A stretch of DNA of 63,961 nucleotides, the filler included, from Octopus bimaculoides (Eukaryota), in the NCBI RefSeq assembly GCF_001194135.2. It is 8 parts of 8 records of this genome, joined end to end, with 100 filler letters (N's around TTAATTAATTAA, not from the genome) between each part and the next. Parts side by side here need not be neighbours in the genome. Positions count along the whole stretch, not along the records: positions 52,412 to 59,073 come from NC_068982.1; positions 59,174 to 62,692 come from NC_068986.1; positions 62,793 to 63,961 come from NW_026380616.1; 5 more parts are not named here. One strand, 5' to 3'. Below, piece by piece: positions 52,412 to 63,961 of this stretch. The number at the start of each line of letters is the position of its first letter. Position 1 is the first letter of the stretch. The notes under the pieces are model-generated. The model did no database searches. It saw nothing but the letters and a program-made list of their open reading frames with translations, and was not told the origin of the DNA. The position numbers and the translations under genes are program-made.

Positions 52412-52730
52412 GTGGCCGTTGCCAGTACCGCCTGACTGGCTCCTGTAGGATTTTCGAGCGAGATCGTTGCCAGTGCCCCTGGACTGGCTTGTGCGGGTGG
52501 CACATAAAAGACACCATTTCGAGCGTGGCCGTTTTCGTGCGGGTGACACGTAAAAGCACCCACTACACTCTCTGAGTGGTTGGCGTTAGGAAGGGCATCC
52601 AGCTGTAGAAACTCTGCCAAATCAGACTGGAGCCTGGTGTTGCCATCCGGTTTCACCAGTCCTCAGTCAAATCGTCCAACCCATGCTAGCATGGAAAGCG
52701 GACGTTAAACGATGATGATGATGATGATGA
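52412..52730 (+). mobile_element. SINE/LINE-tail element ending in (GAT)n
   Basis: Homologous to 11842-12050 and 53033-53421. Confidence 0.85.
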
Positions 52731-53032
52731 CTTCTAACTTTCAAAGTTTGAATTTATAAAAAAAAATAAATAAATCTAGTATAATGTCTGGCGTGCTTTG
52801 AACTTGAAGGAAATGAAAGAGCTCATCTCCACATTTGTATTAAGTCATTTAAGAACATCTGCAAGGTATTCTCTCCAAAGCCTGAAGTTTGAGGATACAC
52901 TTCAAATTTCTGAAATACACATTAGCTTCTACCAGATGTTCTAGTTTCAGCATGGAAGGAGGATGTTAAACAACGACGACGATGAAGTAGTAGTAGTAGT
53001 AGCATATTTTTTATTTTTCATTTTTAACAACA

Positions 53033-53421
53033 TCATCATCATCATCATCGTTTAACGTCCGCTTTCCATGCTAGCATGGGTTGGACGATTTGACTGAGGA
53101 CTGGTGAAACCAGATGGCTACACCAGGCTCCAATCTGATTTGGCAGAGTTTCTATAGCTGGATGCCCTTCCTAATGCCAACCACTCCGAGAGTGTAGTGG
53201 GTGCTTTTACGNNNNNNNNNNCTGATTTGGCAGAGTTTCTATAGCTGGATGCCCTTCCTAATGCCAACCACTCCGAGAGTGTAGTGGGTGCTTTTACGTG
53301 TCACCCGCACTAAGGCCAGTCAGGCAGTACTGGCAACGGCCACGCTCAAAATGGTGTATTTTATGTGCTACCCACACAAGAGCCAGTCCAGGGGCACTGG
53401 CAACGATCGCGCTCAAAAATC
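53033..53421 (-). mobile_element. Inverted copy of the same element
   Basis: catcatcatcgtttaacgtccgctttccatgctagc... is the reverse complement of the 52.6-52.7 kb tail. Confidence 0.85.
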
Positions 53422-54500
53422 CTTGAAATATTTAAAATATGTAATTCAAACAACTGAATCACACATTTCATGAGTTACTGGAACAGATCTGTGGTAGTGG
53501 CAACAACAGCAGCTGCAGCAGCAATGGTGGTTGTGGTATCAGTATCAGTGGTAATGAAGTGGCAATGGTGGTAGTGGTAGCAGCAGCAGCAGCCGCCGCC
53601 AGTTTTCTGATCAAGCAAAATATACAGCTCCAATAATGGACAGAACCAACATCCATTGACAAGGTTGCAAAAGGCAATGAAAATTCTGGAAGAAAAAATA
53701 TAAATAGTAAGTGAGTGGAGATCAAACCAGTGAGTGTGTTAGATAATAAGGCATTAGGGTTATATGACCCTCCCAAGACAACAGAAAAGAAACATGGTTT
53801 GCATTTTAGTTTTTGAAATTTTTGATGCTATCAGTCATATCTTGTGGCAGAAGTGTCTGGACAGGAGGCAGAGTTCAAGACCAGCAATTTTTAAGGGGAG
53901 GGGACAAGTTAATTACATTGACCCCAGTACTTGTACTTGTACTGGTTGTTTATTTTATTGACTCCAGAGAGATGAAAGGCAAAGTAGACTTTGGTGGGAT
54001 TTGAACTCAGAACATAAAAAAACTAGGCGAGATGCTGCTAAGTATTTTGTCTGACATGCTAATGATTCTGCCAGCTCACCACCTTAATTCATACATTCAC
54101 GACTTAAAACTAAATTATAAAGACAAATATACTTCAAACACTTAGTAGCACTAATCCCCAACAGCTACAGTTCAAAAAGGTCCTAGAAAGGATGTGTACC
54201 CTATCTCTCTCATTTCCCTTTTGTCGTTGTTGTTCTTGTAGCCCTAAACCCATTTGGTTACCTTTACTCATTTGATGTAGGAGAACCTAAAAGGCCATTG
54301 TTCCTCTTTGTCAGCTGCTTTGTTGTTGTTGGTTTTTTTCCCAATCTCGGGTCAGTCCTGATTTAGCCACATACCTATGATTAAAGACTTCACTGCCAGA
54401 ACCATACAATCATTTATTCAAACATGGTATATATTGGACTACATTAGCCAATATAAGAACTTGGTCTGCTACTTCTAGCAGGTCAAGCAACTATATAGGG

Positions 54501-54985
54501 CAGTGGTTCTCAACCAGGGTCCATATTACTCTTGGGGTCCACATAAGATTTTTGGTAAAATTTATAAGCAATAAATTGCTTATTACTTCTACAACACACC
54601 AACTATTTAAACAATATTTAAAAAAACATAATTCTTAATAATATTTAATAATCCTTTTTTACTATAGGCACAGGGCCTGAAATTTGGGGGAGGGGACTAA
54701 TTGATTACATCAACCCCAGTGTTTCACTGGTGCTTAATTTATTGACTCCGAAAGGATGAAAAGCAAAGTCAACCTCAGCAGCATTTGAACCCAGAATGTA
54801 GCGATGGGTGAAATACCACTAGGCATTTCATCCAGCATGCTAACAATTCTGCCAGCTTACTGCCTTTAATGATTAATAATAAAAATACTACAGGATTTTT
54901 TAAACATTGAATGACTATGAGAATCCACCAGAGTAAAATAAGAATCAAGGGGGGTCCATAGTTATAGAGTGTTTGAGAACCTCTG
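54501..54985 (+). mobile_element. hAT-type MITE (TIR cagtggttctcaa / ttgagaacctctg) with a nested SINE at ~54662-54870
   Basis: Terminal inverted repeats; comparison with the empty copy at 32845-33078; ttaataat flanks both sides of the insert. Confidence 0.75.
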
Positions 54986-55907
54986 ATTTCGAGGCTTGCT
55001 GGTTAGCCTGTTGTTGTTGGTGGTGGTGGTGGTGAAGACAGCAGCAGCGGCAGTGGCAGTAATGACAGTGACAGACAGCTGTTGCTTTCATAACAAAAGG
55101 TATTCACAAATGTTGCTTACAGTTCTAAAAAGAAAGTACAAATATCACCAACTGTTTTGGACCCTGGCAATTTGGAAACAGCTGACTGGAAAGAACCTGT
55201 TATTTTTTTGGCACTGGAGGCAAACACACACTTGTACACATGCACGAAAATATATACATACAGATAGAGAGGGTGAGAGAGAAAGAGAGAGAGAGAGACA
55301 TTACAGTTTATTAACTGAACATGATTGACATAAACATGTTCCCTTTCCTCCTAAACATAAAGAGAAATATGGTGGCGAGCTGGCAGAAACATTAGCACGC
55401 CGGGGAAATGCTTACCGGTATTTCGTCTGCCGTTATGTTCTGAGTTCCAATTCCGCCGAGGTCGACTTTGCCTTTCATCCTTACGTATTAGGGTCGATGA
55501 AATTGACTTAATCTCCATGTCTGTCTTTGTTTGTCCCCTCTATGTTTAGCCCCTTGTGAGCAATAATGAAATAAGAAATATGTTCACACACATAAACACA
55601 GCGAGAGAGAGAGAGAGAGAGATGGGGTAAGGTGGGGAGAGAATGAGAGAAAAATGAAACATTAAAAAGTCTAATGTCAAATAAGTCACCATTGAACCAT
55701 TAATGCCAAATAGGGAAGCACCAAAACAGCTGTGTCAAAACATTGCGTACCCAAGTATCTCTGCTCCAAGCTTCAGACTATTATTAAAGTTTTTAAAACC
55801 TTCTGCTATAGCCTTCCTAAGATTTTATATAGATCCTGACAGAGATCTAATACATGCATGAGGTGATTGTTTAAAAGCCATGTTTGTTTATCTTCTGATT
55901 TTTACAG

Positions 55908-55998
55908 AACGCATTGGTGGGCGGACACGAGTTGTGACCTTAAAAGGCAGCAATGATGTCGAAGGAAAGTGGGATGTCGGTGGTCAGTTTGTTGGCTA
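55908..55998 (+). CDS. Internal exon of a flavin-containing amine oxidase (monoamine-oxidase-like, Amino_oxidase family): xRIGGRTRVVTLKGSNDVEGKWDVGGQFVG
   Basis: Acceptor ttatcttctgatttttacag, donor TA|gtgagt, 91 nt (phase 1 to 2). RxGGR followed ~20 aa later by DxGGQxVG is the conserved FAD-binding segment that follows the GxGxxG...E motif in MAO-type oxidases. Confidence 0.75.
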
Positions 55999-56272
55999 GT
56001 GAGTATACTTTTGTTCACATTTTCTTGTCAGTAGAGAAATATGTTATCATCATCATCATTTAACATCCAATTTTCCATGATTATATGTGTCAAATGGAAT
56101 TTGAGGCAGATTTTCTATGGCTGAATTAACTTCCCAGCAAGGTAATATTTCTTGATGGCCAGACATGACTTGTATGGCCGCATTGTTTGATTATAACCAC
56201 GATGTCAAAATGACAGTACACACAAGCACATGCATACACACACACACACACACACACACGCATGCATACATG

Positions 56273-56303
<31 letters not shown>

Positions 56304-57669
56304 CAAGCTTCTTTCAGTTTCTGTCTACCAAATCCACTCACAAGGCTTTGGTTGGTGGGGTATAGTTAGAAGTACCATGCAGTGGGACTGAACCTGAGAC
56401 CATATGGTTGGTTGGGATGCAAGCTTCTTAACTACACAGCCAAGCCTGTGCTTATTTTGAAAATTGATAATGATGATAACATTTAAATCGTCTTTCTTAT
56501 TTCTTTATTGCCCACAAGGGGCTAAACATAGAGGGGACAAACAAGGACAGACAAAGGGATTAAGTTGATTACATCGACCCCAGTGCGTAACTGGTACTTA
56601 ATTTATCGACCCCGAAAGGATGAAAGGTGAAGTCGACCTCGGCGGAATTTGAACCCAGAACGTAACGGCAGACAAAATACCGCTAAGCATTTCGCCCGGC
56701 GTGCTAACGTTTCTGCCAGCTCGCCGCCTGTTTTTCGTCCATCTTCAAGTGCTAATGATTCTGCCAGCTCTTTCTATCAAATCGTCTTTCTATCAAATCG
56801 TCTTTCTATCAATATTGACAAATGTATATATTTGTGTCAGTGTGTGTATTCGTGTGTATGTATTCGTGTGTGTGTCTCTCTCTCTCTCTGTACTTGTGTC
56901 CGTGTGTATAACAAGGAAGTGGACATTAATAATTATCTTATCTCAGGGGAGTTTAAGCTAGACACTCATTACTATTTATATTGTTTCCTCTTAATGAAGT
57001 ATTACTTACTTTTTGTTATCAATGAACCCTCAACCATTCAGATTGTAGACTAATATACTAACAACGTAACTTGTTATACATCTCGTTAAAGTTAACTTTT
57101 GACTGAAAATATTTCCTTCATCGTAACTTGATAAAACCATCTTTATTTCATTAAAGTCAAACTATCTGAGTGGAGAGAAAATTGCTGCAAGTTCATGTAT
57201 AATACAGTCACATCATTTGCCAAAACAAACACATATTTCTAGATTAGTTTTATTTACACAAGGCTGATTGGTGAAATTGCCTGTGAGAGACTGGCATCTA
57301 TCCAGGAAGAGACTTGTATCTCACCTGCTTAAATCTGGAACTATGCATAGAGTAAATGTAAGCACTTTTACACAGCACGTGGATATTAATTCTGAGTAAA
57401 TGTATATTTCCAGTAAGAGATGCAGATAAGGACAGTGGCATCAAATTCCTTCATATGCCAAACATAATGTGTAGAGTTGTAATAAACTTTATGGTGATGC
57501 TTCAGCATGACCACAGCTCAATGACCTAAAACCAGTAAAAAGTACATGCACCATACCCCACTCTCTTTTTCTCTTTCAGTTCTGACCTCTGCTGACTAAA
57601 AGGGACAAAAATAAACCATGTCATTTTTGTATATTTATTTATGTATGTGTGTGTGTGTGTGTGTATATA

Positions 57670-57718
<49 letters not shown>

Positions 57719-58579
57719 NNNNNNNNNNNNNNNNNNNNNNNNNNNNNNNNNNNNNNNNNNNNNNNNNNNNNNNNNNNNNNNNNNNNNNNNNNNNNNNNNN
57801 NNNNNNNNNNNNNNNNNNNNNNNNNNNNNNNNNNNNNNNNNNNNNNNNNNNNNNNNNNNNNNNNNNNNNNNNNNNNNNNNNNNNNNNNNNNNNNNNNNNN
57901 NNNNNNNNNNNNNNNNNNNNNNNNNNNNNNNNNNNNNNNNNNNNNNNNNNNNNNNNNNNNNNNNNNNNNNNNNNNNNNNNNNNNNNNNNNNNNNNNNNNN
58001 NNNNNNNNNNNNNNNNNNNNNNNNNNNNNNNNNNNNNNNNNNNNNNNNNNNNNNNNNNNNNNNNNNNNNNNNNNNNNNNNNNNNNNNNNNNNNNNNNNNN
58101 NNNNNNNNNNNNNNNNNNNNNNNNNNNNNNNNNNNNNNNNNNNNNNNNNNNNNNNNNNNNNNNNNNNNNNNNNNNNNNNNNNNNNNNNNNNNNATATATA
58201 TATATATATATATATATAAGAAATAATTGAGATTCAATTGAATTGGGTACTTAAGATGAAGCACCAAGTCAGTGCAGTATTATCCGTACAATTCAAAAGT
58301 AAGGTGAATAGAATCAAAATAAGCAACAGGTGATGTACTGCATCACCTCTTGATATCCTGTTGCTTATTTTGATTATATATATATATAATCATTCACCTG
58401 TTCAGTCATTAGACTACAGCTATGCTGAGGCACTACCTTGAAGCATTTTAGTCAACCAAATCAACCCCAGTACTCATTTTTTTAAAAACCTGATACTTAT
58501 TCTATTGATCTCTTTTGCTGAACCATTTAGTTCAAGCAGTGACAGGAGACAAACAAAGACACACACACACACGCACGCG

Positions 58580-58619
<40 letters not shown>

Positions 58620-58956
58620 GTTGGTCTGAGGCTATAGTAGAAGACACTTGCTCAAAGTGCTACATACTGACTCTGATCCCAGAACCATGTATTTGGGAAG
58701 CAAAGCTCTTACAATGCAGCCAATGTATGTATATCTGTATGCATGAGCGTATTCTCTTTTGTTTTCTCTTTTACTTCTTTCAGTCATTTGACTGCAGCCA
58801 TGCTGGAGCACCGCCTTTAGTCAAGCAAATCAACCCAGGACTTATTCTTTGGAAGCCTAGTACTTATTCTATTGGACTCTTTTGCCGAACAGCTAAGTTA
58901 CAGGAATGTAAACACACCACCATCGGTTATCAAGCAATGTTGGGGGGACAAACACA

Positions 58957-59011
<55 letters not shown>

Positions 59012-59340
59012 GTATATATCAGTGGCGTGCAGTCTCAGACATGCAAGCTATGCACCGCATGTCTTGTTATATANNNNNNNNNNNNNNNNNNNNNNNNNNN
59101 NNNNNNNNNNNNNNNNNTTAATTAATTAANNNNNNNNNNNNNNNNNNNNNNNNNNNNNNNNNNNNNNNNNNNNGTTTGCTTTAAAATTTGAGATCACATA
59201 GACAGTATTTTACGTAGGATATGGGCAGTTCCCATGAGCACTATCTTTTGAACTTCAGCCATTTTGGGGTTTCCTGGAATCTGATCTAGGTAGTAATCAG
59301 CCCGTTTCGCTGTCATTCCCAGGGCACCTATGACAATAGG

Positions 59341-59411
<71 letters not shown>

Positions 59412-60700
59412 TAATATCAAATACCAGGAACAAAGACCTGATTAACTCTACTCTTAAAGAACATGAGTCAATGACAGGAGCATAGATTAACCAAGAAAAG
59501 TCAGTGGATCTGCAACTCAGTACCTGGAGAGGCAGGTTTGTGCCATCCAATAATGAAATGGGAAGCTGGACAGACAGAGTGACTAAATTGTTCTGATTTA
59601 GTCTAGATCTCCAGGTAGAGAAAATCTGGGACAACATGATGAGCAGAGTGACTAATCTCACGTATAAACAGGCCAAGGGAAAACTATCTCTGAAAGGTTA
59701 GGTAGAGGCGGCAAATGTATACATCACCTTTCCGTTATGCATTACTGCTTGATTGTCGTGCTCTGCTCTAATTTACTTCTGGTTAAACTGGAAAGAATAC
59801 TCTTCTGCTTTCTGTGCTCCATTTGTTGCCAATGCCCACCTGATGGAAGACTGGGCATGCGATGGCTGATGATGTGCAATCATGCACACAGGCCACAACA
59901 TCTCCTGCATTTCCTTGAAGGTGAGGAGAAGTGGTCACCATTTGTCAGATTTGTTTTTCTGCAGCTCGTCTCTTTGAGCTGTAGTAATGCATAACATAAT
60001 GGTCTGCTTCTGGAGGAATTTTGGGCCTGGGCCCATGGATAATTTCCAGAAATTCTTGGTCTTGCAGTGCTACCAGGGAACATTGCTGGTTCAGGATAAC
60101 CTCTACCAACATGGAAGTGCCATCAGCTAGGCTTGCCTGATCATTGCTGACTTGTGGGTTTATGTCGAACATCTGTTGTCTCATGTAAGATGGATCCAGC
60201 TATCAGCTGAGTCTACTGTGAAGATCTTTCTATAGTTGGGAAGGGAAGCAGTGTTTATTTGTCTGGTAACCTTAGTCAAAGAGGAAGTGTGTTGAACTAG
60301 ATTGAAAGGGCTGAAGATAGATACCTTCCTCTTTGGCAAAGCCCTTATCAACTTTTTCAAATTTCACTTGAAAAGGAAAGTGGGGGCCGAGAGGGAAGTA
60401 CTGCATCCCAGCAATTTTGTTGAAAAGTGGATGAATGTGATAAGAACAGCCCAAGTGAATGGGCCTACACTAAGCATTCACTTTTAGGTTGAAGGAGGAG
60501 GATGTGGAGAGGGCACTTGCCCTAATGGTCAGGGCAATCATTATTTTGAGGGATTTTCATAGGCAACCCTAGAAAGTTTCCCTCTTTTGGGAAATTTTTC
60601 GTTCTTGCAATTTACATTGTCACCATTTTTCTACTTTTTACGCAATTCTTTATGTAACCCCATACTGTATGGTCCAGTACCATCTCCAATGTTTTTTGTA
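59412..60700 (+). mobile_element. Tx1/L1-clade LINE 3' fragment
   Basis: MTGA*INQEKS..., LSLKG*VEAANVYI, TRLKGL...NFFKFHLKRKV..ER..F.EKWMNV C-terminal motifs; (ATC)n tail. Confidence 0.75.
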
Positions 60701-60795
60701 AACCCTTAGAAATCATCATCATCATCATTATTATTCCTATTATTATTCCTATTATTATTATTATTATTATTAGTAGTAGTAGTAGTAGTAGCAGG

Positions 60796-60830
<35 letters not shown>

Positions 60831-61285
60831 TAGTAGTAAGGTGGCGAGCCGGCAGAAACGTTAGCACACTGGACAAAATGCTTAGCAGTGTTTCGTCTGT
60901 TGTTACGTTCTGAGTTCAAATTCCGCCAAGGTTGACTTTGCCTTTCATCCTTTCAGGGTCAATTAAATAAGTACCAGCGAAACACTGGGGGAGGGGGGGG
61001 GCATGTAACCGACTCATCCCCTCCCCCAAAACTGCTGCCCTAATGGCAAAATTTGAAGCCATTATTATTATTGTTGTTGTTGTTGTTGTTATTATGGCTG
61101 CCATACTGAGAAGTCACAAAAACTCTGAGTTTTAGGAGTTTAATCGTTTCGGCTGATTAAAGCCTGTACAGTCAATTATTTTGCAATAACTATTTCGCTG
61201 ATATTGTCTGGACCATGGTGGTAACATTTCTGTTCAATTACATTCCCACTTTGGGAGGGATGTAACTCAGTTACATTTTTGTAAC

Positions 61286-61817
61286 GTTTATAGCCCCAGG
61301 AAGACATCTCTTCCAGCTGGCTAATGACACACATTCTGATTAGTATTTGTGGAAGAGGGGCGGTTATCGCTCCCATCGCTATCGTTACGCGGTACACATG
61401 GACCCAAGTTTCTGGGTTGTTACCTGTCCTCAGCGTGTGTTAATCACCATCTAGTGATGAAAACTCATTCCACTCGCAAAATACTATATGCTTTTCCCAC
61501 CGACAAACCGTCGCTGATGTCGGAAAAGCTGTTTATATCTTGCTCAGAGATTTAATATAGCTTAGTTCTCCTTTTTCGAGATCAGCAACAGTTTGTCGCT
61601 GGGAAAAGCATATAGTATTTTGCAAATGGAATAAGTTTTCATCACTAGCTGGTGATTAGCACATGCTGAGGACAGGTAACCACCCAAAAACTCGAATCCG
61701 TATGTATCACACATAAGGCTAGAAATAGGAGCGATGACCTTCCCTCTCAGATACTAATCAGACACAGAATGTGTGTTGTTACCCAGCTGGAAGAGATGTT
61801 TTTCTGGGGCTATAAAC
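61286..61817. repeat. ~530-bp fold-back: two ~245-bp diverged inverted arms with a ~42-bp spacer
   Basis: gtttatagccccaggaagacatctcttccagctgg vs ccagctggaagagatgtttttctggggctataaac; ttttcatcactag vs ctagtgatgaaaa. Confidence 0.9.
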
Positions 61818-62279
61818 ATCAGTAGCACTGTCTTTTATAAGATGCCACACTTGGTTGGCAATTATATGTTACGATTCTGTATTGCTTCTGTTTATATTTT
61901 GCTCAGAGATTTAATATAGGTGATTTTTTTATATTTCTTAATTTAAAAAAGAAAAAAACGTCAGGGTATGACAAAATAATAGAAACCAACAGTAAATAGT
62001 GTTCTGTGAAGCCAGTTTTAACTTTCGATGTAGCCACAGCCACGGAACATGACGTCAATGACCGGCAAGTTGGAGTCAAAATAAATTTATTGACTCAAAG
62101 CAATGGAATTTAATCTTGTTGCTGTGACAACAACAACACCCACAAAAATACAAGTAAACAACAACACCCACAAAAATACAAGTAAACAACAACAGCAGTA
62201 ACAGAAAGAATAGAAAAATCAACAACAATATTGAAAACAACAACGAAAATGATAATGCGAATAAGAATGAAGTTATCAG

Positions 62280-62692
62280 TGGCAACAGTAGTAATAACAG
62301 TAGTAATAAAAGTAGTAATAACAGTAGTAATAACAGTAGTAGTAACAGGGATCGTAGGAAGGGAAAAAGGGGGAGTTCGATCAAAAGGGTTCGAAAAAAA
62401 AAAGAAAAGGAAAGGCCGATCAATAGGGATCGTGTATCACACAGTAATAACAGTAGTAGTAATAACAATAGTAATAACAGTAGTAATAACAGTAGTAATA
62501 ACAATAGTAATAACAGTAGTAATAACAGTAGTAATAACAGTAGTAATAACAGTAGTAGTAACAATAGTAATAAGAGTAGAAATAACAGTAGTAATAACAA
62601 TAGTAATAACAGTAGTAATAACAGTAGTAGTAACAGTAGTAATAACAATAGTAATAACAGTAGTAATAACAATAGTAATAACAGTAGTAATA
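62280..62692. repeat. 12-bp minisatellite (aacagtagtaat)n
   Basis: Direct inspection; explains the poly-Leu and VVIT ORFs. Confidence 0.9.
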
Positions 62693-63199
62693 NNNNNNNN
62701 NNNNNNNNNNNNNNNNNNNNNNNNNNNNNNNNNNNNTTAATTAATTAANNNNNNNNNNNNNNNNNNNNNNNNNNNNNNNNNNNNNNNNNNNNACTGTAAT
62801 ATATGAAATGTTCAGCTTTATTTAGTTGCTGTTTTGCACCTCACAAAGACGGAACAATATAATCGATCTTTCTCGACCAACGACCTTTCAATGTCGAGAC
62901 GAATTATTACGTGAAATGTACGTTGGCAAAAAACGGAATNNNNNNNNNNNNNNNNNNNNNNNNNNNNNNNNNNNNNNNNNNNNNNNNNNNNNNNNNNNNN
63001 NNNNNNNNNNNNNNNNNNNNNNNNNNNNNNNNNNNNNNNNNNNNNNNNNNNNNNNNNNNNNNNNNNNNNNTTAAATATCTTAAAAAAGATTCATGTTTTG
63101 TCAGATGCCAAACAGCTTCCAATGTAAGATGAATGAACAAGTCGTATATTGACACAAATCATATAAGTTACATGTTTCCTACGATAAAACAAGGAATGT

Positions 63200-63475
63200 A
63201 CATAGTTAAGGGGTTTGTATATATAAAGGGCTTCTTTCATATAACATTTATAAGAAATCTGGAAATGAGGTTTACATATCTATTAATCTAGAAACCAAAG
63301 TGTTTGCAACAAAACTACAAATAGATGATAGGATAGACTACCTGGCACTCACGACTCTTTTCTAACGGTGAAGGACCATAAAGTAAACTTGGAGAACAAA
63401 CCTTAGTGTAGATTGATTAACCCAGCAAAGACTGAGTTAGCTGTGGTGAGGAAAGAAATATTGGAAAGGACCATT
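63200..63475 (+). mobile_element. Penelope-like RT N-terminal fragment (second PLE lineage)
   Basis: INLETKVFATKLQIDDRID...FLTVKDHKVNLENKP*CRLINPAKTEL motif. Confidence 0.75.
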
Positions 63476-63925
63476 TTCGGAGAAAAGGTAGGTTCCTTAT
63501 TAAGACTAGAAGAAAAAACCGTCCTCCGCACAAACCATGGAAGGAATTGATCATGTGAGAATTTAGGCATGGAGGAGCGACTAATTTATAGCGTCCCACT
63601 TTGAAGGCTATCTCCATCCAATTCTAAAACAAGACATCTCCACCAAGTACCTACAGCATAGAAGGTAAACCACACTGACACACAACAAATGTAGGCTGTA
63701 CAAAGGAAAGATTGAACAAATCAACCACATTATTGCCATTTGCGATACATATTTTCTTATTTCACTTAGGAATAGCAATACTACTAACCTGCTCTTACAA
63801 CGTGATATACATATGCTTCAGAGAAAAGCGCTACTGAAGTGGAGGGAGTATCAAGTGTTTATATAAGTTACAATGAGAAAAAGGAATTATGTGATGAGAT
63901 CCATTTGTGAGCGCCAAGTAGTTCG

Positions 63926-63961
<36 letters not shown>

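Noticed and set aside
53136-53298. Apparent 76-bp direct duplication across an 11-N gap
   Set aside because: Identical sequence on both sides of a tiny gap is an unmerged contig overlap
57225-57356. Possible next amine-oxidase exon (QTHISRL...HRVN|gtaagc)
   Set aside because: In-frame stop, and the best acceptor would create TAG with the upstream phase-2 exon; similarity too weak
58312-58375. 19-bp inverted repeat with nested hairpin as a possible structured ncRNA
   Set aside because: More simply a tiny non-autonomous DNA-transposon derivative; no evidence of expression or conservation
62076-62740. 198-aa poly-Leu ORF and VVIT-repeat ORF
   Set aside because: Products of the 12-bp aacagtagtaat minisatellite

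Overview
AT-rich, microsatellite- and gap-riddled eukaryotic DNA. The SINE, LINE and Penelope repertoire looks like an Octopus draft assembly (inferred, not verified). Nearly all long ORFs in the supplied track are artefacts of microsatellites, satellite DNA or N-runs. Two real host genes are visible. (1) A minus-strand gene across ~5.3-17.5 kb is built from five symmetric phase-1 exons, each encoding one six-cysteine pacifastin-like/half-VWC module (C-x18-CNxCxC-x3-G-x3-C-x4-C). One exon (14438-14605) is absent from the ORF track. The exons arose by tandem duplication and differ most at the putative reactive loop. The 5' signal-peptide exon was not located. (2) An orphan plus-strand exon (55908-55998) encodes the RIGGR...DVGGQFVG motif of a flavin monoamine-oxidase-family protein. 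The rest is decayed mobile DNA: Penelope-like fragments, several with minimal hammerhead-ribozyme motifs in inverted or fold-back arrangements (27.8-36.2 kb); RTE, Tx1 and R2/R4-type LINE remnants; mariner, Tc1 and hAT-like transposase remnants; MITEs; and many SINEs. There is also an unusual >=8.5-kb CpG-saturated (CGTT/CGTA)n satellite with higher-order structure and an internal inversion (43.8-52.3 kb).
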